DNA of 64,000 bases from Eledone cirrhosa (GCA_964016885.1 OZ024742.1:334800001-334864000), one strand, 5' to 3'. Shown: positions 47,437 through 61,330, counted from the stretch's first letter. The notes: generated by a model not told the origin, from the letters alone. Program-made: numbers and translations.

Positions 47437-47440
<4 letters not shown>
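47327..47440. repeat. Near-perfect hairpin (about 56-bp arms, 2-nt centre) built from the 3' half of an HHR
   Basis: Each arm reads ...agccgtc-GAAA-cgg(c/a)t tgagctc agcc-GTC-ggg. Confidence 0.7.
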
Positions 47441-47471
<31 letters not shown>

Positions 47472-47833
47472 TTGTCTTCTGGCGAAGTAAACCTGATCAC
47501 TTTAGGACTTCTGTAAACTCTTTCTGTATATAAATTGATGTTGTCACCACTTCTATTATTGATTCATTGATTTGTTGATCTATATGAAGCTGATATCGTA
47601 TGTGAATAAACTCTGATGATACCGATTTTGAGCCTATTCCCGATGAACGAAGTAAAAAATCATAAGGGAACATTTGATAAAATTTCTTTCTTCTTAAGAT
47701 AATTCTAAAATTTCTGATTTTATAATCTCATTTTATAATCTCTCCTAGGAATGAATCTCTATTGGTTGAAACACGGATTAGTTTGACAGCATATTGACTG
47801 TTTGGTGTTTGTTATTCTTCATATATCTATCTA

Positions 47834-47984
<151 letters not shown>

Positions 47985-48054
47985 TAAGAGAGAGATAAAT
48001 GGTTTCTACAGGATTAGTGCTGTTTCATTTGGGAAGTTACCTCTGATTGATCCC

Positions 48055-48091
<37 letters not shown>

Positions 48092-48097
48092 AGGGGA

Positions 48098-48404
48098 TTT
48101 ATGGTAAAAGCCAAACTCACTATCTTCAATGCAATATTCGTGACAACTCTTACCTATGGTTATGAATCTAGAGTTATGAGTGAAAGAATGCGAACTCGAA
48201 TGCAAGCGGGCGAAATGGAGTTCCTCTGAATGGCCTTTGCAGTAACATTACTCGATAGATTGCATAGCTGGGAGATCAAAGAGTCGCTGAAGATGGAGGC
48301 ATTACTTCTTTTAATTGGGGGATCATAGCTCTAAAATAACGGACACGTGGTTAGAATGTCTCAGGAAAGACGCGCTGGACAGATTTTACGGGTAAAACCA
48401 AACT
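48098..48404 (+). mobile_element. RTE/BovB-like LINE C-terminal relic
   Basis: KAKLTIFNAIFVTTLTYGYES..M..RM...EMEFL...GHVVRMSQER with stops. Confidence 0.8.
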
Positions 48405-48443
48405 GAAGAAGAAGAAGAAGAAGAAGAAGAAGAAGAAGAAGAA

Positions 48444-48496
<53 letters not shown>
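48405..48496. repeat. (GAA)n-(GAT)n compound microsatellite
   Basis: Directly visible. Confidence 0.97.
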
Positions 48497-48499
<3 letters not shown>

Positions 48500-48791
48500 A
48501 TATACGGTGGGAAATTTAATCACGACACCCTAAATGCCAATATATCATAAATATACACAAATTACATAGACATGTTAATTTACCTGTAAATTGAAAACCC
48601 AATAAGTATCGTTAATTGAATTTCGACCCTTATTGCGGCCTCATCTGAGAATATGTACATCAAATAATCGCAAAGAAATGCGTCACTGAAGGCTTTATAA
48701 ACTACCAAATATAATAGTAGTATCGAAATAGTTGCACTAATTTGCATATTACACGTGCTTGGGTTGGTAGGTAGTTTTAATATATATTAAA

Positions 48792-49656
48792 CTAGCAGTA
48801 GAACCCGGCGTTGTACGGGATAAGGTATTTGGGAACGCGGGCCGCAAACAGACCTAATCGTGGAAAAACTGCATGCCTGGACAATATGTAAAGAAAATAA
48901 ACCGAATACTCTCATGGCTGGATAAAGATTTTCGTCGATGAAGCAGGAAAAATGCAGGTTTTCACCTAATGCGGACCCTAGGAGATAAAGAAAATGAATT
49001 TTTTTATGTGCATAATATGCCTTGAAATTTCGGGAAAATCGGCTAGACGTAACGCCTCCAAAAAGCCCCAAAAAGCTGAAAAAATGAAGTTTTTCACCTA
49101 ATGAAAAAGTTGGATTTTCTTTGCTCACGGTATGAAGAAGAGACTGACTAATACATAGTTACAATTTCAAGGAAATCGGTCTGACGTAACGCCTCAAAAA
49201 AACCCTAAAACCCTTAAAAAACGCAGTTTTTCACCTAGGAGATCAAAAAGTTTTGTTATGTGCATAACACTCCCTGAAACATAGGTAATACACATGTAAA
49301 GTTTGAAAGAAATCGGTTGGGTACTTCTGGAGTTTTAGGGATTCAAACTCACAGACACACACACACACACACACACAGACAGACATCCCCATGGAAGTAA
49401 CGTACAGACAGATATTATAAGGGTGCGACGTTATATGTATGTATCTATCTAAAAAGAGAAAGACTAAGAATTATAGAGAGAGATCGCTAAATACCCTAAT
49501 GCGGGCATTGAAAATTTGAAATTTTTGCTCAGAACACTCCCTGAAACATAAGTATTACATGTGTAAAATTTGAAAATAGTCGGTTGGGGGGTTCTCAAGT
49601 TTTAGGGATTCAAACTCACACACACACAGACATCCTCAGTTTGATATATATAGAGA
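48792..49656 (-). mobile_element. Complete non-autonomous Helitron
   Basis: 5' TCTCTATATATATCAAA at 49656; 3' hairpin cccgtacaacgccggg followed by CTAG at 48792; A|T insertion site; internal duplications. Confidence 0.88.
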
Positions 49657-49983
49657 TTATAAACTAAGAACGCGAAGTATACGGTACATTTATATTTGTA
49701 TACTGCACTTCCATTTCTCAATATTAGTGCGCTGTGGATGTTGTGATAGAAATGGTGAGGTAGGCTACATCTTGCTTTCTGGAGGAAGTGTAAAAGGGAG
49801 AAGTGGCCTTAAAACATATTTGCATGTTGTAATGGTTAGACAAGGAGCTGGGATTTCAGGATGTGAGTATGCAGTGGGACTCGGAGTTGGGGCAGGTTCA
49901 GTTTTTCGATGCTGGTATGGGCTGGACAAGTGATGAAACAATTGGGGGGAGGCCAGAGGAAGAATAGAAAGAGATGTTAAATA

Positions 49984-50175
49984 ATTGTTTCTACTTTTAA
50001 CACAAGGCCAGCAATTATCCCAGTACATTACTGGTACTTTATTTGATCAACTCCGTAAGGATGAAAGGCAAAGTTAACCTCGGCGGGATTTGAACTCAGA
50101 TCATAAAGGGCCGTAATTCTATGCTGCAAAGCATAGCGTCCGACCCACTAGCGATACTGCCAATCTACCGCCCTT
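49984..50175 (-). mobile_element. tRNA-derived SINE (Meta-like core)
   Basis: Reverse-complement core and B box. Confidence 0.85.
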
Positions 50176-50705
50176 TGAGATGTTAAATAATGTCGAGTGA
50201 CAGTACACAGATCACTCAGACGTAAGTTCAATTCTTCGTACAGGCCGATGGCCACTGTTTGTATCCATACAGGTATTTTACCTAATATTATATTCATAGC
50301 AATCGACTGTGTTTACATTTATTTTCTGCATCTAAGATTCTTACATTTTCTATGAATTTTATAACTAGACAGCGCTTCGATAATTCGATACTTTGCACAC
50401 AATGTTATGTACATTTCAAAAGCTGTTCAACTTAGCTCCCAGGATCACAGAAGGGTGGGTGATGGGTTCTAGGCCTAGAGCGTGGTGGAGTTGGGGTTGT
50501 GTCCCGCGGACAAGACCGCAATATCATTTCTGCGAACAATGGCCAGTAACGCCCGCTGCAACAGCCACCCCACCTCGTGGGGCTCCTTCCTCAGACGGGC
50601 TCCTGACGTTCCGCATCTGTAGTGCTGTTGTTATTTGAAATAGATTTGTTTATGATTTTTTTTGTTATTTATTTGTTTATGATTTTATTATTAATAAATT
50701 ATTTT

Positions 50706-50905
50706 ATCGGTAGAGCACCGGACAGCATGCTTCGCGGCACAGAGTTACGCACCTTTACATTCTGAGTTCAAATCCCTCCGAGGTTAACTTTGCCTTTCAT
50801 CCTTACGGGGTCGATAAAATAAAGCACCAGTAACGCACTGGGGTCGATTTAATCGACTTCTTCCCCACCCAAATTACTGGCCTTGTGCCTATACTAGAAA
50901 TCATT
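50706..50905 (+). mobile_element. tRNA-derived SINE (Meta-like core)
   Basis: B box plus 'ttgcctttcatccttacggggtcgataaaataaag'. Confidence 0.85.
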
Positions 50906-51287
50906 ATTAATAAATTATTTTTTTCCATTTATCTCCCTAATTTAGACGGAAATTGTTGATAGAGTCTCTTTAGAACATTCAACCGAATTTGGAAGATTCG
51001 AATTTCGATTCTTCCTAGCAACCGCTGGCCATATTTTTCCGTACATTTTTTTTTTTTGGGGGGGGGGGGGCTCAATTCTCTAAGCTATTATTTATATGTT
51101 CCCATATTCACAGCTCTTTTCTGTGTCTGAGATTCCTACATTTTCTATGAATATATATGTATATTCCTTTTCTTATTTGTTTTCCTTTTTCTCAAACTAC
51201 TGCCTTGTTTAATACTATATATTATACTGTTTTAAATGTTTTCGAACATATCGGCGTAGTTAATTCATTTATCTATATTTATATATT

Positions 51288-51326
<39 letters not shown>

Positions 51327-51589
51327 ATTTATATATTATATATATATACTTGGACAAATTTTAAATTTTAAATTTGTTTCGCAACAATTAAGTGAAAGTT
51401 CCTATTCCTGTGCTCTTCTGCAGGTATCCAGAAATTGGTAAGTTTCACTTCAAAATACTTAAGAAGACCGAGAGGAATGTGTTGTTGAACGCACATGTGT
51501 CACAGCGCCTAGCTCGTCCCATACTCGTGCCGCTAAAAATACCAGCCGATTTTATGGGACTAAAAATTAGCTCAACGTATGGAGCCGAG

Positions 51590-51632
<43 letters not shown>

Positions 51633-51830
51633 CAAAAGGGATATTTAATTTGTTGGTAATTCAACAAATAGAAATGACTATCCAGGAAAAACTTGAACCG
51701 TTAAGATCTTCTTCCTGGATATGTCAATATTTATAAAACAAACTTTGTATTTTATCTGTTTTGGTACCCTTGAAATATACATAATAGAATAAATATGGTT
51801 TTATAAATATAGTTTCCATTTATTTAATAT

Positions 51831-51894
<64 letters not shown>

Positions 51895-52237
51895 GGGGGG
51901 GGTACATATTTACCTGCTTTTAGCTACCGTGGCAGAAATATGCTCCCAAATTAATTGTCATATGACAGCTAACACTCTAGTACCTAATGTATTCAATAAT
52001 TGCGGTTTAAACGAATAAAATTAATATTACACAATTTTTCTGGAAGCATAAAAGAATGCCCTAATAAAAAAGGAAAAACAGCGATCGCCAACTCGGCCCA
52101 AAAAAACACATTCCATTGATCTTTCCAGTACAGACGCGATCTGCCGTTCACAACTCACAGAGCTAGATTTGAATGAATGGAGACGAATTAGGTATTTCAA
52201 AGCATCTCGTTCGTGTCTTTAACACTTCTAGCTATCC

Positions 52238-52350
52238 ATCGGGATGGTACTTTATTTATCGACCACGAGTAAATAAAAGCGAGATTTGAACTCAGAATGC
52301 TGGGATAACTACCGACTCTTTTAATCCGATGAGCCAACGACTGTGCCAAA
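52238..52350 (-). mobile_element. Degenerate SINE
   Basis: 'ggtactttatttatcgacc...gatttgaactcag'. Confidence 0.6.
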
Positions 52351-52780
52351 ATGTGTTTAACATCCATTAATAACGATACAATCTCATATCCTTTGCAAAA
52401 CATCTGAAGGATGTCTCCTCGTGGTCCTTGCGAAAATTGTGAATGTGTTACTCAGGCTTAAGTCGATCTAAATCTATTATCTAAGTTGTAACGCGTTAAT
52501 GCCTTCGTCATACAGACATACACATAAAGAAATATTGACATACGCACAGATGTAAACAAACACATATATATATAGTACCGCCTATTTTGATACACATATC
52601 TCCTTTCAATACAAACCTACTAAAACACACACAAAAGCTTCTTTATACACACATCTAAATATCCGTTTTCACATGTGTATATGTATACACACACACACGT
52701 AGAAACGTGCATTTCCGTGCTTACACATCAAATGTAAACACACACACTCTCTCTCTTTCCATCTCTCTCCCCTTCTCCCA

Positions 52781-52811
<31 letters not shown>

Positions 52812-53284
52812 CATAAACTCACTCACTTAAACTCACGCACATGCTCAGAAACGTGTACAAGCATGCATATATTTTCCACATTCATTTCTATATCCTACAT
52901 TACATACACATACAGAATTGTGTGGGAGATAGTTATTATATATATGAAGACATTGGGTTACAATGGTTCGTTGTGTTAGTTGTTTTTCTTCATTTGTTAG
53001 TTTGTTTGGGGTTTGTTTTCTTTCTATTAGGGGTTGAGTTTCGTCAGATGTTTGGCAAAGCCATCAAATAGACATGATTGTGTGCAGGACATTTTGTGAG
53101 AGAAAAATACAAGGGGTTGCCGAAGGTACTGATGTGGGAGCAGTCAGACATACATGAGAAAACAAGGGGTTGTCGAGGGGAATGAAGTGGGAGAAGTCAA
53201 ACAAATTTTAGATATGACTTGTCCATAATGACGCTGCACTCTGACTTAGATAAACAAACATTTATAAGGTTATTTGGTTTGGCG

Positions 53285-53310
53285 TTCATATATATATATA
53301 TATCATATTA

Positions 53311-53372
<62 letters not shown>

Positions 53373-53385
53373 TATGAATATGTAT

Positions 53386-53449
<64 letters not shown>

Positions 53450-53620
53450 TATGCGTATGTATGTATATATATATATATATATATATTTATATGTATATTT
53501 ATATGTGTATACATATATATATATATATATATATATATCATATATATATATATATATATCATATGTATATGAATATATATATATATATATATACATATGA
53601 TATATATATGTAAATATACA

Positions 53621-53667
<47 letters not shown>

Positions 53668-53673
53668 TATATG

Positions 53674-53754
<81 letters not shown>

Positions 53755-53789
53755 GTATATATACATATTTATATATATATACATATATA

Positions 53790-53824
<35 letters not shown>

Positions 53825-54075
53825 TTATATATATGTATATATGTATATATACATATTTATATATATATATATTTATATATATATATATATATATAATATA
53901 TATATAAATATATATACACAAATATATTTACCCACATATGAACACATACACGCGCATACATACATATACAAATATATACATACACATACATATATATACA
54001 TATCCATACATATACAAATATATTTATATATACAAATATATATATGTGTGTGTATGTGTGTGTGTGTGTGTGAGT
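53285..54075. repeat. Long degenerate (TA)n/(CATA)n tract; similar tracts at 29575-29920, 33690-34175, 38570-39025, 39510-39840, 63555-64000
   Basis: Directly visible. Confidence 0.97.
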
Positions 54076-54257
54076 ACATTTAATAAATGGTCGTGTGAGT
54101 CGTTAAATATGTGTAAGAGGTGGGGAGGGGTTGTATATATATGGAGTGGTTGATAAGATTATTTTAGTCGTGATGGTTTACGTATGTGTATATGAAATGG
54201 GGTAGTATGTTTGTGTAATGATGTGTGATAGTGGTGGGGAGTGGTGATGCGCGATAT

Positions 54258-54319
<62 letters not shown>

Positions 54320-54642
54320 CTAACGTAGTTCATGTATTTGTTCATATAAAATGTGTATACGTACATACGTATGTTTACATATGCGCAGAAATGGCCGTGT
54401 AGATAAGGTGTCCGCTCAGCAGACACTTGGTTCTAGGTTCACTTTGGGAAAGATTTCTACTATAACCTTGCGTTCACTAATGCCTTGTGGATGGAATTTT
54501 GTAGAAGGATATTACAGCATGTCTTCATATTTACGTGTATTTACCTTTGTATCTGTATTTATATCACGTAACGTAGCGGTTCGACAAAATCTGATCGATA
54601 AAATAGGGCTTGAAAAAATAGCTACTGGTGTTGATAGGATCG

Positions 54643-54837
54643 CAGACCTGTCAACTCTCCCCGTCCGACGGGGAGATCTCCCAGCTACTTTGGGGTGGGT
54701 GAGAGATGTCTTCTCTTGTGAAAATGGGCAGAGCTTTCATTATGTGAAATCTCCCCATTTTGCCCCATTTCTCCACGTTTTGGGGCCCTTTGGTGCATGG
54801 TACTCCCCGTTTGGGTTTTTAGAGGCTGGCAGGTCTG
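54643..54837. mobile_element. MITE with CAGACCTG(C/T)CAAC-type TIRs (hAT-like)
   Basis: cagacctgtcaac / gctggcaggtctg; flanks ggatcg / ggattg. Confidence 0.75.
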
Positions 54838-54904
54838 GGATTGACTAAATGATGGCGGTGCTGATGACTGAAAACAGTCAAAGAATAGAATGATAGTGTG
54901 TAAG

Positions 54905-55170
54905 CTGCAGCATGGCCGAATGTTTTAGAAGTTTGCTTCGCAATCTTAAGGTCCCACTAAGTGGCATAGTGGGCAAATGCTTTTCATCATAGCCTTGGGT
55001 CAATCTACGACTTTTAAGTGAACTTGGCTAGACATAAACTGTTTGAAAGACTGTCAGTTCGACTGTTTCTAAACCTCCTTGGGAGAATTACGTAAAGGTA
55101 AATATTCCTGTGGAATACTCAGTCATTTATACGCTAATTATATGAGCAGGCTTTTTCATTGATTGAACAA
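54905..55170 (+). mobile_element. Degenerate tRNA-derived SINE (family of 1-225 and 6183-6345)
   Basis: 'tggccgaatg' head, 'catagccttgggtcaa...tagac..aaactg', tail shared with 125-220. Confidence 0.6.
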
Positions 55171-55540
55171 GAAGAGCACTCATCGCCGAAGCTGACGTCG
55201 GCCATTTTCTTCTGTTCCTATCTTTGACCATCATTTCAAGTGTAATCATTCAAACTTGATGAATCCTTTCTTGTACTGTGGCCAGCTTTCTGTTGGCACA
55301 GTAAAATTTGGAAACCCCGACGTTCGCTTCTTTAGATTACGGGATAAAACCAAAAATATTTTATATCTTGAAGTTTTAGGTTGAATGGGTTAAAAGAAAC
55401 ATTTCCTTTAATCTCTACATGAGTTAAAGTATACTCTAACCCTACTTTCTTGTAATGTATTCGAAAGGTCCGCACAGCAATACAGAACTATATCTTGCCA
55501 CTTTGATACAGTTCCCGGGCATCACGATGTACTTCTTCAA

Positions 55541-55578
<38 letters not shown>

Positions 55579-55595
55579 GTGTGTGTGTGTGTGTG

Positions 55596-55630
<35 letters not shown>

Positions 55631-55809
55631 TTGTGTATGTGTGTATGTATATACATATTGTATATATATATATATAATACGTACACACACAGATATATAT
55701 ATATATATTTGGTGTGGGATGCTTAAAGCGTCCGTATGCGGTAGGCTGTTTGAGCACTTGATGTTCTTACAGAGCAGAGTATGATATCACATAAGAAACA
55801 GAGAATCAG

Positions 55810-55990
55810 TGTTGCGACGAAGTGAGTATCCGTAGAGGGTCAGACACCATGCTTTAACACATAGAATTACGGCCTTTCATGGACTGAGTTCAAATCCTGC
55901 CGAGGTTAACTTTGCTTTTCATCCTTACATGGTCGATAAAATAAAGTACTGGGTAATTGCTGGCCTTGTGCCAAAAGTAGAAACAATTAT
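55810..55990 (+). mobile_element. tRNA-derived SINE (Meta-like core)
   Basis: B box gagttcaaatcc and family core. Confidence 0.8.
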
Positions 55991-55993
55991 GTG

Positions 55994-56084
<91 letters not shown>

Positions 56085-56326
56085 CATTTTTATTATGTAT
56101 ATACATATTGTATATGTGTGTATATGTGCATTACTAATATCTTAATTGATCAGCTTCGATAAGATTTGATCTGGTCAAAAGAATACACTGTAATCTATAT
56201 AACGGAAGAGGTTTAATCTTGCCAAGGAACAATAACCATGCTCTAACATTTAAACAAAAATAACAATAAAGCAACGATAGTTAATCTTATTAGTTAACAA
56301 TTCCAGGAGCATAAAATATAATATAG

Positions 56327-56364
<38 letters not shown>

Positions 56365-56369
56365 ACCAC

Positions 56370-56460
<91 letters not shown>

Positions 56461-57577
56461 ACCACCTATACCCCGTCTCAACATCGCCCACCTCAATGAA
56501 CTTATTGTATTGTACTCCATGTTACCATTTCTAAGCCGGCATTTCTATATCATGCCGCACACATCACCATCACCACCACCAAAATTCACATCAACATACA
56601 CACCTCATAGTTGCAACATCGTATTAAATCGGTATCCTATGATACGTTCTACCTTGCAATCCACAATGACAAGGGACCTTGTAAATACAATGTCGATCAT
56701 ATCACACCATCGCCACCACCACCACACCACACATCGTCATGTGCATACCATACACGCCTACAACCTCATCCCCCCATGTTCCCTCTATCTACCCTAACCT
56801 ACAACCCCACGCTAAATTCGACCTTGTAACTGTACTGTCGCACCCACACACAACCACCGCCACCACTAAATACATCCACATACTTCAACAATCATTATCA
56901 TTAACATCATCAACACATATCATCCCTCGCTCCCAAATCGACTATGTTATATATCCCCCACACACCGTCTGTCTACCATATAACACACCGTAACCTCTGA
57001 TCATGTAATCATCTTGTCGAACATATCACCCCAGCACCACCACCATCACCATGTCCACAATACACATCGCCGTACGTCCATAAACGCTTTTCCCCCGCGT
57101 TCCCTATGTCACCTTTTAACCGGTATTCGATCCGGTATATATATTTTGGTCCCTCACAACTCCACCACCACCACCACAAAACACAACTCCATACTTCATC
57201 AATACCGACAACACATACCTCTACTCTCCAACCAACAATAGTGTGTGTGCCTGTGTGTAAATATTTTTACTCATACGGGCGTTTTAAGTGTGCGTGCGTG
57301 TACGCAAATTTATGTGTATGTGTGTGTGTGTGTGTATGTGAACACATGTGTATGCATATGTCTATGTGTGTGTATATATATATCTGTATATATATGTGTA
57401 TGTGTATGCATATGTGTATGTGTGTGTATATATATATGTATGTGTATGTATGTGTGTGTATGTGTACGTCTACATATATGTATATGGGTAAATCTGACTG
57501 TATGTGTAGGTGAGCTCATATATGTGCATGTATGTGTATATGTGCGTGTATGTGTGTGTTGTCGGTACATGTGTGTA

Positions 57578-57625
<48 letters not shown>

Positions 57626-58365
57626 AGTATACGTGTGTGCGAGTGAGTATGTGTATATCTTGCATACATGTGTGTGAGTCCATGTGCCCATACCCATGTG
57701 TATGTATGTGTATGTGTATATATGTAAAACACCTTCTACATCGCCTCTCACCTTCCTCCCATCTCTGTCTTTCGCCATCCCCACCGATACTCCCTCACTC
57801 TCCATGTTCGTGTCCGCATGCGCGCATACACATACATGTGTGTACATATACATATGGCTGTTTGTGAGCGTATGCCGATATGTGTGGGCAAGGATGTGCG
57901 TATGTGTTTAATGTTGTGTTTGTTTATACAACAATATATGTGCACATATATACATATATATGTGTACGTATACGTATATACAAGGTATCTGTCAGACGAA
58001 GAGCGTCTAACTATGTATCTATGTAAGGACCTGACGCCACCAATACATCCACCACACCCCCACCTCACGCCAACCCGTCTACTGACAATCCACTAACCTC
58101 ATACCACAGTCCATCCCACTAAATAACCTTAACCACCACCATATCATCACATCCACCCCCACATACTCTACACGCCAAGACCAACCCACCACCACCACAC
58201 CACAGACCGTCACCAACATCTCACCATCACACCCACCCCCATATACACTACAGGCCAGTACATCGCCTTGATCCTTCCCACCAATCAAAACAACTCATTT
58301 TGTCAAACTCTTGAAACTCTGACTTTACCACAGCATGTATTTCATTTTCTTATAGCATTTTAAGA

Positions 58366-58452
58366 GGGTCCGTCGAGCTGCCGATTATTGAGTCGGGTAG
58401 GATCGATATAGATCGAACCTTGAGCTGATCAGTGGCGAAACGCACGTCACCT
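58366..58452 (+). ncRNA. Decayed extended-stem-II hammerhead at the end of a long CA-rich (probable PLE 3'UTR) region
   Basis: gggt-CCGTCGA-gctgccgat...atcagtggc-GAAA-c gcac GTC-acct, followed by aataaa. Confidence 0.55.
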
Positions 58453-58895
58453 ATCAATAAATGCAATGAAGGAATAATCAATCGTCCTTTTTATCCTTTC
58501 TATATTTTACACTCTGTATAGCTCTACACATCATCACAGAAGTGAACCTAAACATCGAGTGCTCACCCGAGTGAACCTGCAGTAACTCCTAGTTATACCC
58601 ACTGGATATATATATATAAATTTGATATATATATGTGTGTGTTTATGTGTAAATATATATATATATATATATGGCGGCGATGAAATTGTTTTGCAACGTT
58701 TTTGATATGAAATCGTATGTCGAAACAAATATTGTTATACTTAGGGAGGATCATATTGTTATAATATTACCAGAAATAATAACAGAACACACTCGCTGTT
58801 TGGTTTGCGTTGGTTTTCGCTTTTGTATCTTTTATACCTCCATAGTTAATTTATTTGGCAATCAATGTTTATCATTATATATATATACATATATA

Positions 58896-58952
<57 letters not shown>

Positions 58953-59689
58953 CGAACGGGATATATCTTAAGAAATTTAAGATTTTCCCACTGAAAATAA
59001 GCAATAAATGGTTGATCCCTTTCCATATTGTTCGACGAAGTAATATCAATTCTGAAAGCAAAGGAATGATGTATCACGTTAAGATAAGTCTAAACGACTA
59101 GAAACTTCGATGCAATTATAGATACGTAGTTAATCGTTCCTCACACTAGAAGAGTCATAGGAATGTTTTTTTTTTGTTAGGTCTGGTTTGTATTATAGAT
59201 ATAAGGGGACATAATTTGTGCCTTAAACAAACATCAAAGACGTGAGATTCGAAGGGATGATATGGACGTGTAAATATGCTAAATTGAATTACAATCTTAT
59301 TTTCAATTTCATACAAACAATCTGTGAAACAGAGAAAAACCTATTCATATATAGGGAGAGTGTAAAATAGAGAAGGCGATTAGAAACGAGGGGGGTGGTG
59401 AACCAGAAGTGTGTGGTGGCGTAAACACAAGACAAATATATCTAGATTGTGTATGCATGTATGTATGAATATATGTATGTATGTATATGTTTATATATAT
59501 ATTTATATATATATATATATATGTATATGTATATATTATATGTGTGTGTGTCTGTGCGCGCGCGTGTGTGTGTGTTTGTGTGTGCGTGCGTGTGTGCGAG
59601 TGTGTGTGTTTGTGTGTGCGTGTGCATGTGTGTACAGTCTGGAACCATCCTCCGTTATGCTGCCACACAACCTTGAATTGAAGAATAGC

Positions 59690-60292
59690 ACAGTCATTAT
59701 GTTTCTTAGAAACCTTGTCAGCCATGGTGGTGCAATGCGACGTCTATGCTTGTGACTGAACTATTGCCTCACATTATCGAAGCAAAAATCCTCACTGGAT
59801 GTCGTAAGGGAGACATCGTATCTAGAATACTGCTAATACCAACAGATGTCCGCTTTCTTTTCAAACGATTGCGATTTCCAATCATAGCAAGTCATGCAAT
59901 AACTATTAACAAGTCCCAAAGTCAAACCTTGCAGGTTGTCGGTCTCCATCTAGAAGAGGGGTTTTTCTCACATGGTCAATTGTATGTAGGTTGTTCCAGA
60001 GTAGGCAGATCCCATAAACTCTTCATATATACTCCAAAGAAAAAGTTTAAACATTGTATATACTGAAGCTCTATAAAGTTGTATAATTTTCGTAGAATAC
60101 ATTTTTCTATTATTTTCTTTAGTCCTTTCTAGATTTAGCTATTCTAAAAAAACTTTTATGCAATATTTAAATACCTTTTAACAGATTATATTTTAAGAAA
60201 AATGGGCATTACGACAGATGTCAGTAAGTGCCTTATGAATAGATTTGAGCACATTACAGACCGGAGCGAAGGCCGGGAGTCTGATACTAAAT
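59690..60292 (+). mobile_element. Helitron 3' fragment (Pif1 C-terminus and 3' end)
   Basis: RLRFPIIASHAITINKSQSQTL..VGLHL...FSHGQLYVGCSRV; hairpin ccggagcgaaggccgg then CTAA|T-like end. Confidence 0.88.
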
Positions 60293-60764
60293 ATAAAAGG
60301 ATAAATATAGAGTACGAAAAGTTATGTATATATAGGTAAATTTATCGAAAATTGGTATCCTGCAGTAATAGATTTATTGACTGTCATTGCGAAAGCAACC
60401 ATTCGGACGGAACCCTGTAATCGTATATGGGTGAATGTCAGAGTGGTATCAGCTATTTAATTATTGGCATGCTTCCCATGCTGTAACAATATGATATGCA
60501 TTCATGTACTCCTATAATAATTGTTCCTTTGCAAATTTCCTTGGACTTAATTAAATTTCCAAATGGATGACGGCATGTGTCATATTCCAGGTCATGTTCT
60601 CTTAATTCTTGCTGGAATCATGCGACGTCCTCGTTACATACGTCATGTTTTGGTCATTTAAACCTGACCAAGCTCATCTCTCTCCAAGCGGGAACACTAC
60701 CGATTTCTTACAGAGAAATGGAAAGAGGAAGAGCGAGAGAGAAGTGAGGAATTAAAGAAGATGT

Positions 60765-60910
60765 AAACTCTACCCCAGTACTGGATTGGTATTCTATTTA
60801 TCGACCTCGGAAAGATGAAAAGCAAAGTTTACTTCGGTGGGATTTGAACAGAGAGCGCAGATAGCCGAACCAAATACTGCAAAGCATTCTATCCGGTATT
60901 CTAGCAATTT
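60765..60910 (-). mobile_element. Degenerate SINE (Meta-like core)
   Basis: 'tatcgacctcggaaagatgaaaagcaaag...gggatttgaac'. Confidence 0.7.
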
Positions 60911-60959
60911 TCCTACTTTTACTCCTCCAATATATCGTAATAACATTTCAAAACATCAG

Positions 60960-61330
60960 TTTTCAATGCCAGTGTCTGGTAGGTGAACTCCATTTAAGTT
61001 ACAGCTGTTTAAGAACTCCATTATTTAATTTATCATCGTAAGTATCAATGTTATTGTGGATGCTTCACCCTCAAATATGTTGATAATGTGTTCATTATTA
61101 AAATCATCAACAGGATACGTAAAGGTTCAATATTGCTTCTTGTGTGAAGTTTTTGGGACCCTATGAGCAGCAAGATCATTTCTTGTTCATTCATTTCATC
61201 TAATTTCAAACTGGTTTCAATACCATTCGAAAACTCAATCTGTATTTTACTATTAGGATCCTACATGATGCCAAACTCAATTTTGCCATGATCCGCTTTA
61301 TTCTCTTATCGCATCTTCATAGTAAGCCTT
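60960..61330 (-). pseudogene. Highly decayed Helitron Pif1 fragment
   Basis: Minus-strand ...VDDFNNEHIINIFEGE...EFLNSCNLNG resembles the Pif1 2B region. Confidence 0.4.

Noticed and set aside
48614-48650. Minus-strand CAGATGA-ggcc..ggtc-GAAA
   Set aside because: Likely a dead HHR relic: core mutated and no stem I.
54861-54885. CTGATGA followed by a small hairpin
   Set aside because: No downstream GAAA or NUH site.
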